From positions 14,976-78,975 of the IMG/VR virus record IMGVR_UViG_3300020576_002361: 64,000 nucleotides of DNA; one strand, given 5' to 3'. The position numbers and the translations under genes were made by a program. Of the stretch, positions 53,117 to 62,316 are shown one piece after another (the stretch's first letter is position 1; each line of letters begins with the position of its first letter). Source of the DNA: a virus. Its lineage: Duplodnaviria > Caudoviricetes. The notes under the pieces were generated by a model, which saw nothing but the letters and a program-made list of their open reading frames with translations, was not told where the DNA came from and did not search any database.

Positions 53117-55963
53117 TTAGAACCGCGGAAAATTCCCTTTCTTGTTTCCATATTTATTAGTTGGAACATTTACGTTTGGATCAAGCTGAGGATCTAATGT
53201 ATCTTCTTGCCCAGGAGGGAACCCATCATAGGGTTGTTCGCCGCCCTGTATAGGAGAATCAAAGTTGTTATCTAATCCAAAAGCATCATCTCTTTCTTCT
53301 TGATCTATTTGGTTTTGCTCGTCTTTCAAGTTTTCTTCTTCCATCTGTAGGTCCATAAGCTCAATATCAGCGTCATTCTGACGAAGAATATTCTTTCTTA
53401 CCCATTCCTTAGAATAGAAAGTACCTATAAATGGAGAAATAGCAGTCAACGAGTTCAACCTTTCGTTTTCAACTTCTAGTTCCTTAAGTTCAGAGAAATA
53501 CATGTCATGAGCAAAGTGGAAGTGAGCTTTCTTCTTGAAAGTGTCTTCCCATTCGTCTTCAGTCATTATTCCTTTAAGAAGTAGTTGCTTCTTTAGTAGT
53601 TCGTAAAACACTTCTGAGAATTTTGTTCTAAGCCGTTCAATAAACTTGGCAAACTTTATTTCATCTCTAGAGATTTCCATAGAACGACCGATCTGGAAAC
53701 TCTTTTGTTCGTTTTCTACTCTAGAATAAGGTATGTTCAGAGCTTTAGAAAGCTTACGAAGGAAGTAGTTTATATCGGAAATTTCACCAATATTGGAGTT
53801 CTTTGTAAAGACTCCGCATGAAAGAGCAAAAGTGTGATGGTTATGATATATTTCGTTACCATCTATAGTAAGAGTTCCTACTTCGATAGGATCTGCTATG
53901 TATTCTATAGAAACTATTCTATGATTATGTAACGAATGTTGTTTGCGCAACTCTGTCCATGATGAATATCCAAACTCTTTTATAGCTGATTTGATAATCG
54001 TAGGGCTAAATCCATCAGATATATTCCAGTTTGGAACTGTCTTAGATTCGTTTAGTTTATTCAAACAAGAACGCATAGCATCGGATTCGTTTAGCAAAGA
54101 AACAACGTCTTTGATAGTAACTTCGTGCGTTGATTTCCCCTTTATATTATCTATAATAAAGCAAAGTATTCCGTCTTTTCTAGAAGAAATAATAGACTGT
54201 TTTTCCTCTTCTGACTTAGAATTCCAGGAATCCTTCAACGAACAACTTACCTTTTCACAATAAGCCGCGTAGTTTTCTGGATCGTTGTTTTTCATATACT
54301 CTATTTTTTGCCTTAATGCTGCTGCGCCCAACTTAGCATTTTCAATACCAAAAGAATGATCTGTGTGATATACAGAGTGGTCATCCCAAGACATATAGCA
54401 AAGATTTTCTGGAGTATTATTAAATCTATCGTGATCCTTGTGGTGTATTACGTTTTTGTTGTATTCGGCATATGATTCGTTGTAAATAAAGTCGTGTACT
54501 TCAGTATTCTTAAAGAAAGATGCTACCATGCTATGAGTATATACCCATTGTTTGGTGGCATTATCATATACCATTTCATAGTCTTTCTTCTTGTTACCGC
54601 CTATTGTCTTTTTCTGACTATAGAAAGGAATAAGTGAAGATCCAGTAGATAACTCATCTGCTCTAACAAATCCTACTCCGTATACAGGGAATTTGTGGTC
54701 AGGAGTACATATAATGTGCTTACCATTATCAAAGGTTATTTTCATTACCTTTGCTGATTTTTGAGTAACTCCCGCCCATGTTATAATACCCGGCTTAACT
54801 TCTCCGGTTACTTCGTCGCACGAATATGCCCACAATTTCTTTCCAGAATTCATTTCTTCTGTTATTTGAGAAATGGTCAACTCACGACCATCTAACAGAG
54901 GAACCTTTGTATCCATAGCCAAGCACGCACCAGGTAAAGTATTAATTTCCGTTCCTTTGCCGCCTTCTCTTCTTGGTAGCCAGTAGTCTTCAAGTACAGA
55001 TAAGTAACGTCTTTCGTCTCTTACTTCTCCAGTGTTCGCATCATAAGAAAGCTTATTTCTATATCTGTTAATAAGCTCTTTCATGTACTGTTCGGCTTTG
55101 GCCTTTGGAAGGTTACCTACATCAATATAGAAAGCACGTCTTTCTGGTGCTCTGGCTAAGCGATAGATAACTACGGAGTCCTCCATCATCTTTAGCTGAT
55201 TGAGAGGTCTAATAGCCTTATGAAGATAACCAAATACCAATTTCTTTTGAGGATCATATAATCCCGATGTTACATACACGATTACATCCGGACTAATCTT
55301 AATACCGGAGATAGAAATACCGGTTCCTCTATTTACTTGAGGAAGAGAAGTGTCTATGATTGTTTTATTGTAAACATAGAACTCATTCTTGATCGTAATG
55401 ACTTCTATGCCATTCGGATCTAGTTTCTTTTCAATCTCTCTGACCTTTTTCATGTTCAAAGGATCGATATAGCGTATTTCCTTTATTCCGTCTTCTGGAT
55501 TCTTTTCGTCTATAATAGTATGAAAATAACATCTAGCGTCAATATACCAGCGTCTAAAGTAATCATACCCTTTTGTCCTAAAATTGAGAAGCCCCAGTAT
55601 TGTATCAAACTCTCTGTATATCTTGTGCTTCGTGGATTCAGAATAATCTAGCTGATCCATGATGAGTTTGACGGGTTCTTCAACCTCGTCCGTCACTATA
55701 GCTTCGTTAGTGATTTCTTCTATAGCAGTATCTATTTCTGGGTGTATGGACATCGATCTATAACGTACAACTAAATCTGTATCGTTTTTATAAGAACCAT
55801 CGATATCAACATACTGACTGCTGAAATGAGAACCCCCGATACCTCGGGCATTCTCAATAGTTATGGCGCCATCGTCAAAAGCAGGTGGAGCAAAGGATTG
55901 TCTAGATTCTTGCTCTTTCTTTTGTTCTTTCGAAAACGGGAATTGAAAACCAAATAAATTCAT
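53117..55963 (-). CDS. 20: Portal protein gp20 containing an intein
   Basis: HPEIDTAIEEI.NEAI, RRWYID.R, YRLARAPERRAFYIDVGNLPK.KAEQY, EDYWLPRREGGKGTEI.TLPG, then after the insert NIGEI.DI.YF..KL.KALNIP. Confidence 0.96.
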   Translation of the reverse strand: MNLFGFQFPFSKEQKKEQESRQSFAPPAFDDGAITIENARGIGGSHFSSQYVDIDGSYKNDTDLVVRYRSMSIHPEIDTAIEEITNEAIVTDEVEEPVKLIMDQLDYSESTKHKIYREFDTILGLLNFRTKGYDYFRRWYIDARCYFHTIIDEKNPEDGIKEIRYIDPLNMKKVREIEKKLDPNGIEVITIKNEFYVYNKTIIDTSLPQVNRGTGISISGIKISPDVIVYVTSGLYDPQKKLVFGYLHKAIRPLNQLKMMEDSVVIYRLARAPERRAFYIDVGNLPKAKAEQYMKELINRYRNKLSYDANTGEVRDERRYLSVLEDYWLPRREGGKGTEINTLPGACLAMDTKVPLLDGRELTISQITEEMNSGKKLWAYSCDEVTGEVKPGIITWAGVTQKSAKVMKITFDNGKHIICTPDHKFPVYGVGFVRADELSTGSSLIPFYSQKKTIGGNKKKDYEMVYDNATKQWVYTHSMVASFFKNTEVHDFIYNESYAEYNKNVIHHKDHDRFNNTPENLCYMSWDDHSVYHTDHSFGIENAKLGAAALRQKIEYMKNNDPENYAAYCEKVSCSLKDSWNSKSEEEKQSIISSRKDGILCFIIDNIKGKSTHEVTIKDVVSLLNESDAMRSCLNKLNESKTVPNWNISDGFSPTIIKSAIKEFGYSSWTELRKQHSLHNHRIVSIEYIADPIEVGTLTIDGNEIYHNHHTFALSCGVFTKNSNIGEISDINYFLRKLSKALNIPYSRVENEQKSFQIGRSMEISRDEIKFAKFIERLRTKFSEVFYELLKKQLLLKGIMTEDEWEDTFKKKAHFHFAHDMYFSELKELEVENERLNSLTAISPFIGTFYSKEWVRKNILRQNDADIELMDLQMEEENLKDEQNQIDQEERDDAFGLDNNFDSPIQGGEQPYDGFPPGQEDTLDPQLDPNVNVPTNKYGNKKGNFPRF
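53798..54925 (-). mobile_element. Contiguous 376-aa intein with HNH endonuclease domain in the portal gene
   Basis: TLPGA|CLAMDTKV...CTPDHKF...VIHHKDHDRFNNTPENL...HTFALSCGVFTKN|SNIGE. Confidence 0.92.
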
Positions 55964-55973
55964 TATATAACCT

Positions 55974-56261
55974 TTATTTTACTGGCGGCGAAGCTCTGCT
56001 TCCAACATAAGGGGCAACTCCTCGTACTGCTGCTCTTAGTTGAGAATCTTTTCCATAATGAGATGATTTTGCTCGATTGATGTGTCTTCCGGTTGGATTG
56101 CTTTTGCTAAATTTCTCTGCTTTCCTTTGCCTTCTATTATAGAAAAGTTTCTTGCCAGCATAAAACGGAGCTACCTCGCCGGAGTCTCCCGGATATGCCT
56201 TCCAAGCACGACGGTTTAGACGTTTGTTGCCTTCTGAAATAAACTCTTTAAACGTAAGCAT
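55974..56261 (-). CDS. Small basic putative internal head protein with T4 capsid-targeting sequence
   Basis: MLTFKEFISE|G start; the remainder is Arg/Lys-rich. Confidence 0.7.
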   Translation of the reverse strand: MLTFKEFISEGNKRLNRRAWKAYPGDSGEVAPFYAGKKLFYNRRQRKAEKFSKSNPTGRHINRAKSSHYGKDSQLRAAVRGVAPYVGSRASPPVK

Positions 56262-56269
56262 ACAACCCT

Positions 56270-56806
56270 TTATGACGAAGTACCTTCCATCTGGTAGTAC
56301 TGATATTCTATGGTTACTTGAAATGTTTCGATAGCAGTCTGTGCTTCCCAGTTTAGGTCTATTGGTCCAATGTCAGAAGGCCAGCAATCAATGAAAGTAT
56401 AGTTCTTGATATCTCTGCCTTCTCTGTCTAGTTGAGTAACATACCATTGCTGAGCGTATGACGACAGAGCATTTCGACCGATATTGGTCTCCACTCTGTT
56501 CATGATATCGCTCCACTTTTCAAAGGCGTTTCTCAAAGCAAAGTTATTGTCATTATAAACGTTTATTACCCAAGATCCAAATTGGCGGTCGCCTGCTACC
56601 TTTAGCTCACGACCTTGAAATGGCACACGAACTACACCAAGGGTGACTTGTGGTAGTTGAGCTGCATAGCATAAAAACTGGATTGTGTTTGATGGATTAA
56701 GTCCAGCAGCCGCAACAGCAGCAGCAGGAAACGTTCCGTTTACTCGGAACTGGTTAGCTCTTGCTCCAGACCCGGAAAGCTGATTTTTGAATTCCGATAT
56801 GTTCAT
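56270..56806 (-). CDS. 19: Tail tube protein gp19
   Basis: GARANQFRV, FQGRELKVAGDRQFGSW...YND, WPSDIGPIDLNW. Confidence 0.96.
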   Translation of the reverse strand: MNISEFKNQLSGSGARANQFRVNGTFPAAAVAAAGLNPSNTIQFLCYAAQLPQVTLGVVRVPFQGRELKVAGDRQFGSWVINVYNDNNFALRNAFEKWSDIMNRVETNIGRNALSSYAQQWYVTQLDREGRDIKNYTFIDCWPSDIGPIDLNWEAQTAIETFQVTIEYQYYQMEGTSS

Positions 56807-56877
56807 GTTACCGCATCTCCTTAAGGGATTCTATCAGAAATAATCTGGCACAAAGTTATTTATGCCAGATTTGATTA

Positions 56878-58644
56878 TTATCGAGGACTGTTTAGAGAGG
56901 TGATTTCTTCGAACGAAACACCAGATCTAGTTGCGATGAAGTTTAGCTGGATATAGTTGATCGAACGCGATGGTTTGATGAATATATCTGCTACAAATCT
57001 ATTGCTATCGATTATCTCCGAGGTATTATTTGTTTCATCGCAAATAACCTTGAAGTCATAGACACCTCTTCGAGATTGAACATCTCTGAGGAATGGTTCT
57101 ACCATGCTTACGAACATGGCTCTAGTAAACGCATCGTTGAACTCGAACAACTGATACTTAGCAGCAATGGAAGTTGCTTTCTCTAGTACAATGAAGAGTC
57201 TGCGGACGTTGATTCTATCGAAGGCGCTTGGCTTGGTCTGAGCGGTCTTATCACCATATAGAACTGTTCCTTCTCCAGGAAGCGTTACTACTGGGTTGAT
57301 GGATCTAGCGTACAGATAATCTCTTTCAGCCTTTGTAGGATTGAATGCTAGCTTAGCAACACCCTTAATCTGACCTCTGTTGAAACCAGCTGGAGACCAC
57401 CAAGGATCGTTGGTGAGGTCTGTTCTGGCACACAAGCCAGCGATATCTGCGTTTAGAGGCACCCAACGCCATACGTCGTTATATCTATCGTACTGATACT
57501 TATATCCAGTATCAATAAATGCGTACGAGTTGTTTCCGATAGCATTTCTTAGAGTTTCACATGCAGCAATCTTTGTGGCAGAAGTAGCTGTTGGGTTAGA
57601 AACAGCAGGAGACACGAAAGCCACGCAGTCAACTCTAGCCTTTGCTATGTTAGCAACGTTGGCGCTGGCGCTTGAATCTAGTGGTCCAGCAATCAAGAAC
57701 GACACATCAACAAAATCTGGATCAGCGAACAGACCATATCCAACTGTGTTTCCTGAAGATGGGGCGATATCTGAGTCAGCGGTTGGCGAAGAAGCTGTTC
57801 CTCCAAGGAAGGAATAAATTGCACCACCGGTTACACCGCCGTTCCAAGAGAACGCGCTTCCTGGGTTGCTAATCGTACCGTAAGTACCGCCGTCGCCAGC
57901 AGGGTGTACAGAAATACCAGTTGGGTGGTTGAGCCACCAAACATACTTGGATTCATTGTTAATAACATTGACATAGTAGTTGGAAGATCCATCTGGGCGT
58001 CTAGCGTTGTTAGCCTTGGAAACGCCTTCGTATTTCTCAAGCAACGTACCAGTAAGTCCAGAAAATCTACCATCTTCGTCGATGATAGCAATGTGCATTT
58101 CGTCGTACGTTCCACCATAGCCTTCAGCAAATGGGGAAGTTGTAGGAGCAGCAGCAAACTGACCAGAAAGGCTCCATGAAGCAAATGCAGCAGTTCCGTC
58201 ACACAACTCGATTCGGAGTGAGTTGCCCAATGGACCAGCATACTTAGCAGCAAACTGAGCCGTAGCGCCTGCTCCGGAGTAAGCTATTGTTCCAGAAGAA
58301 GTATTGTTATCATATACTTCACTGTTTTTAATCAATATTGATTGATTTCCAGAAGTTGGTCCGGCGACCGCGTTCTTGGAGCTTGAATGTACTGTTCTAA
58401 CCACCTGAAGGTTATTTCCATAACTTAGAAAGTTGGCAGCTGAGAAGAAGTATTCGTAGGTATCGTTATCTGGAGCACCAAATAGCTGCACCAAATTCGA
58501 TTCGCTATCTACTAGAATACGCTGATCAGCAGGACCCCACTGAAAATAACCCGCAATTCCGGCTGGAGTGGTAGCCACGGCAGGAATAACGGAGCTAAAA
58601 TCCCGTTCCTGAACCAAAACACCAGGGCTAACTTGAAATGCCAT
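56878..58644 (-). CDS. 18: Tail sheath protein gp18
   Basis: MAFQVSPGV, FQWGP, WWSPAGFNRGQI, SAFDRINVRRLF, SRSINYIQLNFIATRSG. CATAAATA after it (56857-56864) could drive gp19. Confidence 0.97.
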   Translation of the reverse strand: MAFQVSPGVLVQERDFSSVIPAVATTPAGIAGYFQWGPADQRILVDSESNLVQLFGAPDNDTYEYFFSAANFLSYGNNLQVVRTVHSSSKNAVAGPTSGNQSILIKNSEVYDNNTSSGTIAYSGAGATAQFAAKYAGPLGNSLRIELCDGTAAFASWSLSGQFAAAPTTSPFAEGYGGTYDEMHIAIIDEDGRFSGLTGTLLEKYEGVSKANNARRPDGSSNYYVNVINNESKYVWWLNHPTGISVHPAGDGGTYGTISNPGSAFSWNGGVTGGAIYSFLGGTASSPTADSDIAPSSGNTVGYGLFADPDFVDVSFLIAGPLDSSASANVANIAKARVDCVAFVSPAVSNPTATSATKIAACETLRNAIGNNSYAFIDTGYKYQYDRYNDVWRWVPLNADIAGLCARTDLTNDPWWSPAGFNRGQIKGVAKLAFNPTKAERDYLYARSINPVVTLPGEGTVLYGDKTAQTKPSAFDRINVRRLFIVLEKATSIAAKYQLFEFNDAFTRAMFVSMVEPFLRDVQSRRGVYDFKVICDETNNTSEIIDSNRFVADIFIKPSRSINYIQLNFIATRSGVSFEEITSLNSPR

Positions 58645-58688
58645 TATTTTATCTCCTTAAATGTCTTTATATCTTGCTTCGCACGAAG

Positions 58689-58696
58689 TATTTATA
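58689..58696 (-). promoter_or_regulatory. T4-type late promoter TATAAATA for gp18
   Basis: + strand TATTTATA upstream of the ATG at 58644. Confidence 0.8.
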
Positions 58697-58716
58697 AAAA
58701 TAGCGATTTCTGCCCA

Positions 58717-60513
58717 TTACCATTCAAAATCCATCTTTTTGCTTTTGGGTTTATTTGGAGTCTCCTCTTCAGCTAGCCATTGTTCAAAGCTTCTATTGTC
58801 TTCTTCAAACATGCGACTTGTGATATCGTCTACTCCATCCTCTAGAAATCCAAATAATGTAATGTCATCTTCAGCTTTCTTTATCTTGTCTTCAAACAGT
58901 CTCTTTTTGACATCTGTGCTTGTATACTCTTGAAAGAAAGGCTGAGATGTTAACCAACAAAATACTACCAAAGACATAACTACGTCATCATGATTGCCTT
59001 CTGATGCAGCATAAGTGTTCTTTGTTTTGACAAACGTGCTGAATTCGGAAACAATATCAAAGTCATTGACTATTATCTTTCTGTTTTCTATGAAATCCTT
59101 CAAAACTGAGCATCCATAGTTTTTGATCTGGTAGCTCATCTTGACACCTTTTCTGGACCTACCACTAAACCCACCGTCTGCTTTTTGACCATGTTTTTGA
59201 GTAGAGCAAGACACGTAAATAAGATGCTCATATTCCAATTCTTCAACCAAGCTAGTAGCTATGCTATCACCCGTTGGATCGTTATTTTCTATTAGGGTAT
59301 ATGCGTTGTTGTATTGCTTTGCTATCTTATGAATGATATTAGATAGTAACTGTGGCGAAAGCTGATTATTTCTGTAGACTGCTACTACCTTGTATGGGAA
59401 TTTAGTGCAGTCTATTACGGTTACAGCATGGTAATCTAGGTCTATACCTTGAGACGGGTCTACACATATAGTATATAAATGCTTCTCTATAGGAGGCTCG
59501 TAAATCTTAAATCCGTCTGTTGTTTTCATCACTGGCTCGTTATAAACCAACGAAGCTAGAGCAGACGGAGAAAGAAGTGTATTATCAGATCCTAAGAACT
59601 CTACTTCAAACTCAGCACTCCATCTGGCTTCTTTGTTGCCAGCGAAGTTTGCCATGATTTGCTTTTTGAACTCTTCATCTCTACCAGGAACTTCATTCCA
59701 TTTAGCTTCTACTCGTACATACGTGTTTCTGTTATTTACGGAATCCATCCACATTTTATAGAATAGGTTTAGCCCGTTTGGAGTAGAAATAACTACTAGT
59801 TTAGTATTAGTACCAGCCGAGATCGTTGGAAATACGGAGCTGAAGAAGTCTTCAGCCAAGTTTGCTGGAACGAATGCGAATTCGTCCAGAATAACAACGT
59901 TATGCGTACCACCTCTGGCAGATGAAGACGAGGTAGACGCTACAGTGACTTTAGATCCATTTTCCAACTGAATGCTGTGTTTGTTCCATTCGACAACACC
60001 TTGTTGCATCCATTTTGGAAGATGCTCAAATGAGTTCTTAATCATGTTCAGCAAGTTCTTTGCCGTAGTTTGCTTGTTAGCTAGTACGGCAATAGAAATG
60101 TTGGGATTAAATAAAAGCTGATGAAGTGCCCAACTCATTGTTGTGGTGGAATTGTGTGAAACTATTCCGTTAGTATAATACAAGTTGCCGTCTTCGACAT
60201 CAATCAAATCGTACATGTTATCGGATTCGTTTGTTTCTTCTACAGAAAGAACTTCTTCAAACGCATCTCCTTCGCAAAAAATCATATCACCTACTTGTAG
60301 GTCGCATGTATATACTTCCATTAGACAAGTAGGGTCATCCAAATCTCTGCGTATTACAATATGATAATCCGCACAAACAAGTTCTCTGTTTGCGGTTTTT
60401 ATTATCCACTTGGTGTATTCTTTGGTTTTACCAATACCAGAAAAAGATTGATACCCTGTTGGAGTTTCTACCTCCCATTCATCGGTTAAAACTTCTTCTA
60501 TAAACTCAGCCAT
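58717..60513 (-). CDS. 17: Large terminase gp17 C-terminal part fused to split-intein C-fragment (121 aa)
   Basis: WEVETPTG...CADYH...MYDLIDV...YYTNGIVSHN|STTT (intein ends at 60151), then ILDEFAF, ISTPNG, DPSQG..LDY, HDDVVM. Confidence 0.94.
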   Translation of the reverse strand: MAEFIEEVLTDEWEVETPTGYQSFSGIGKTKEYTKWIIKTANRELVCADYHIVIRRDLDDPTCLMEVYTCDLQVGDMIFCEGDAFEEVLSVEETNESDNMYDLIDVEDGNLYYTNGIVSHNSTTTMSWALHQLLFNPNISIAVLANKQTTAKNLLNMIKNSFEHLPKWMQQGVVEWNKHSIQLENGSKVTVASTSSSSARGGTHNVVILDEFAFVPANLAEDFFSSVFPTISAGTNTKLVVISTPNGLNLFYKMWMDSVNNRNTYVRVEAKWNEVPGRDEEFKKQIMANFAGNKEARWSAEFEVEFLGSDNTLLSPSALASLVYNEPVMKTTDGFKIYEPPIEKHLYTICVDPSQGIDLDYHAVTVIDCTKFPYKVVAVYRNNQLSPQLLSNIIHKIAKQYNNAYTLIENNDPTGDSIATSLVEELEYEHLIYVSCSTQKHGQKADGGFSGRSRKGVKMSYQIKNYGCSVLKDFIENRKIIVNDFDIVSEFSTFVKTKNTYAASEGNHDDVVMSLVVFCWLTSQPFFQEYTSTDVKKRLFEDKIKKAEDDITLFGFLEDGVDDITSRMFEEDNRSFEQWLAEEETPNKPKSKKMDFEW

Positions 60514-61555
60514 TTATAAACTCCAAACATGTAGATATAACTCGATTGGGATCTTTTTTATAATCCCTCTCGGATATATGTAGTATTTTATATCCGTCTT
60601 GAATTAAAACCTGATCTCTATCTTTATCTCTTTGCTGGTTTCCTCTGGCTTCACCGTGCCAGTAGTCTCCATCAAATTCAATTATGAGTTTTTTGGATTT
60701 TAGGAGGAAGTCAAAGAAAAATTTCTTTCCCGACGGAGATATATAGAAATATTCTTTAGAAGAAACACCGTGGTCTAATTTTTCGTTATTCTCTCCTAAT
60801 GTAGCAAAATATATATCTTCGTATTGTTCGCGTACCAGTTCGTATACTTTCCAAAATAATTCTTGAGACATTTTTGAATACCCCAAACCATTCATCATTT
60901 TTGCTCGGGTTATTCTTTCTATTTCCTCTGGAGGTTTGGAATTTAAGTTATTCTGCCATTTTTCTTGACGCTTGTTCCAAATATCTCGACCTTTTTCTTC
61001 CCCGTGTTTAGCAATACATTTTTCCAGAGAAAATGTGGATTGTCTTTCGGCTATCTTTAATTTGGCTTCTTCTTGTGTAAATCCTTGTTTAATCCAAAAT
61101 TCTGTGGTAGTGTTGTTATTCCCGTTTTCTTTATTAGACTTGCTTATTTTTTCTAGTACTTCTTGTTTATTTGTTGTACTGGCGTGAATAAATTTATCCG
61201 AAAGAGCAGAAAATTTCCCACCGTGTTGATATCCTGGATTATCTTTACCTGATGTAAACGTCGATATTTTATTACTATATGTTTCGCTGCATACGGGCTT
61301 GTTATATGTTTTGATATATTCTTCTGTATCTATTTTATGAATACGCTTTATATGGGTGGAGATATTATGGGATTTAAGACCACATATTTCACACGCAACC
61401 ATATCTGGTTCTTCTTGAAACTTTTCTTTACGCTTATTCATTTGTTGGCATCTGAGGCAGCAAAACATCCTGGTATGTCGTTTCGCCGGGAATACGGTAT
61501 TACAATGGAGGCAAGTTTTCTGGATTTGTTTTGTTTTGTTTTTCATGCAAGTCAT
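60506..61555 (-). CDS. Free-standing Vsr/DUF559-like homing endonuclease between the terminase halves
   Basis: N-terminal CxxC/CCxxC and C2H2-like motifs; C-terminal FFDF...IIEFDGDYWHG...QQRD..RD...GYKILHI.E. Confidence 0.85.
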   Translation of the reverse strand: MTCMKNKTKQIQKTCLHCNTVFPAKRHTRMFCCLRCQQMNKRKEKFQEEPDMVACEICGLKSHNISTHIKRIHKIDTEEYIKTYNKPVCSETYSNKISTFTSGKDNPGYQHGGKFSALSDKFIHASTTNKQEVLEKISKSNKENGNNNTTTEFWIKQGFTQEEAKLKIAERQSTFSLEKCIAKHGEEKGRDIWNKRQEKWQNNLNSKPPEEIERITRAKMMNGLGYSKMSQELFWKVYELVREQYEDIYFATLGENNEKLDHGVSSKEYFYISPSGKKFFFDFLLKSKKLIIEFDGDYWHGEARGNQQRDKDRDQVLIQDGYKILHISERDYKKDPNRVISTCLEFING

Positions 61556-61895
61556 TATAGAGTGCTCCTATGGTGGTGTCAAGAATTTCACCCGTCTTTT
61601 TGTTGCGAATTCTTATAGGAGTATTTAGACAAACACACTTTCCGCTCTGACGTGCGATCTTACAAATTGTAAACCTATTTTCGTGAATGGTCTTTACTAT
61701 GTTTTTTTGAAAGTTATACATCTTGAAAGGAGTTATTCCGTGGTCAAGGGAAACAATCTTAACATAGTTTTCCATAAAATAAATGGGATCGTCAGCGCAT
61801 TTTTGTAGTTCTAGAACTTGCTCTGGAGTAAAATTTATCCTGACTCCTGCGCTCTTTAGCGTAGGATTACCCATATAATTTTCATTGTTGCTCAT
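61500..61895 (-). CDS. 17: Large terminase gp17 N-terminal part fused to split-intein N-fragment (45 aa)
   Basis: YMGNPTLK...KCADDPIYF..NYVKIVSLDHG..PF.MY.FQ...KIARQSGK|CVCLNTPIRIRNKKTGEILDTTIGALY; Cys1 at 61637. Confidence 0.93.
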   Translation of the reverse strand: MSNNENYMGNPTLKSAGVRINFTPEQVLELQKCADDPIYFMENYVKIVSLDHGITPFKMYNFQKNIVKTIHENRFTICKIARQSGKCVCLNTPIRIRNKKTGEILDTTIGALYNDLHEKQNKTNPENLPPL

Positions 61896-62316
61896 CGGTT
61901 TTAGCTCTCAGTGACTTCAAATTTTCTAATAGTTCTTTGGTTGATCCTATGAAAATAGCATTGTTGGTAACCGTAGGGTTACTCATGTTTTCCATTGTTT
62001 CTATTTCTTTTTTCTTCCGATGTAGTTCCAATAACTTTTCGTTGGCTTGTACGCAAGAGTCTATAAGTTTAGCCACCACTTCGAATGCTCTTGGACTGTC
62101 CGATTCTTCTGCTACTTCCATTAGCTTTTCTATAGCCACCGTATTTGTTTTGATTATAGATTTCAGATTTGTTCTGACTTCGTTATAATCAGCAGTAGTT
62201 AAATCCTGGGGTATAGCTGGTACCGCGGGTATAGGAACCTGACTTATTTCTTCTGGTTCATTATACAAATCTAAAATATCTGCTAGCTTGTCTTTTTTCT
62301 CTAGTTCATCACTCAT
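61882..62316 (-). CDS. 16: Small terminase subunit gp16
   Basis: DYNEVR.NL...A.ESDSPRAFEV...NNAIFIGSTKEL. Confidence 0.93.
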   Translation of the reverse strand: MSDELEKKDKLADILDLYNEPEEISQVPIPAVPAIPQDLTTADYNEVRTNLKSIIKTNTVAIEKLMEVAEESDSPRAFEVVAKLIDSCVQANEKLLELHRKKKEIETMENMSNPTVTNNAIFIGSTKELLENLKSLRAKTDEQQ

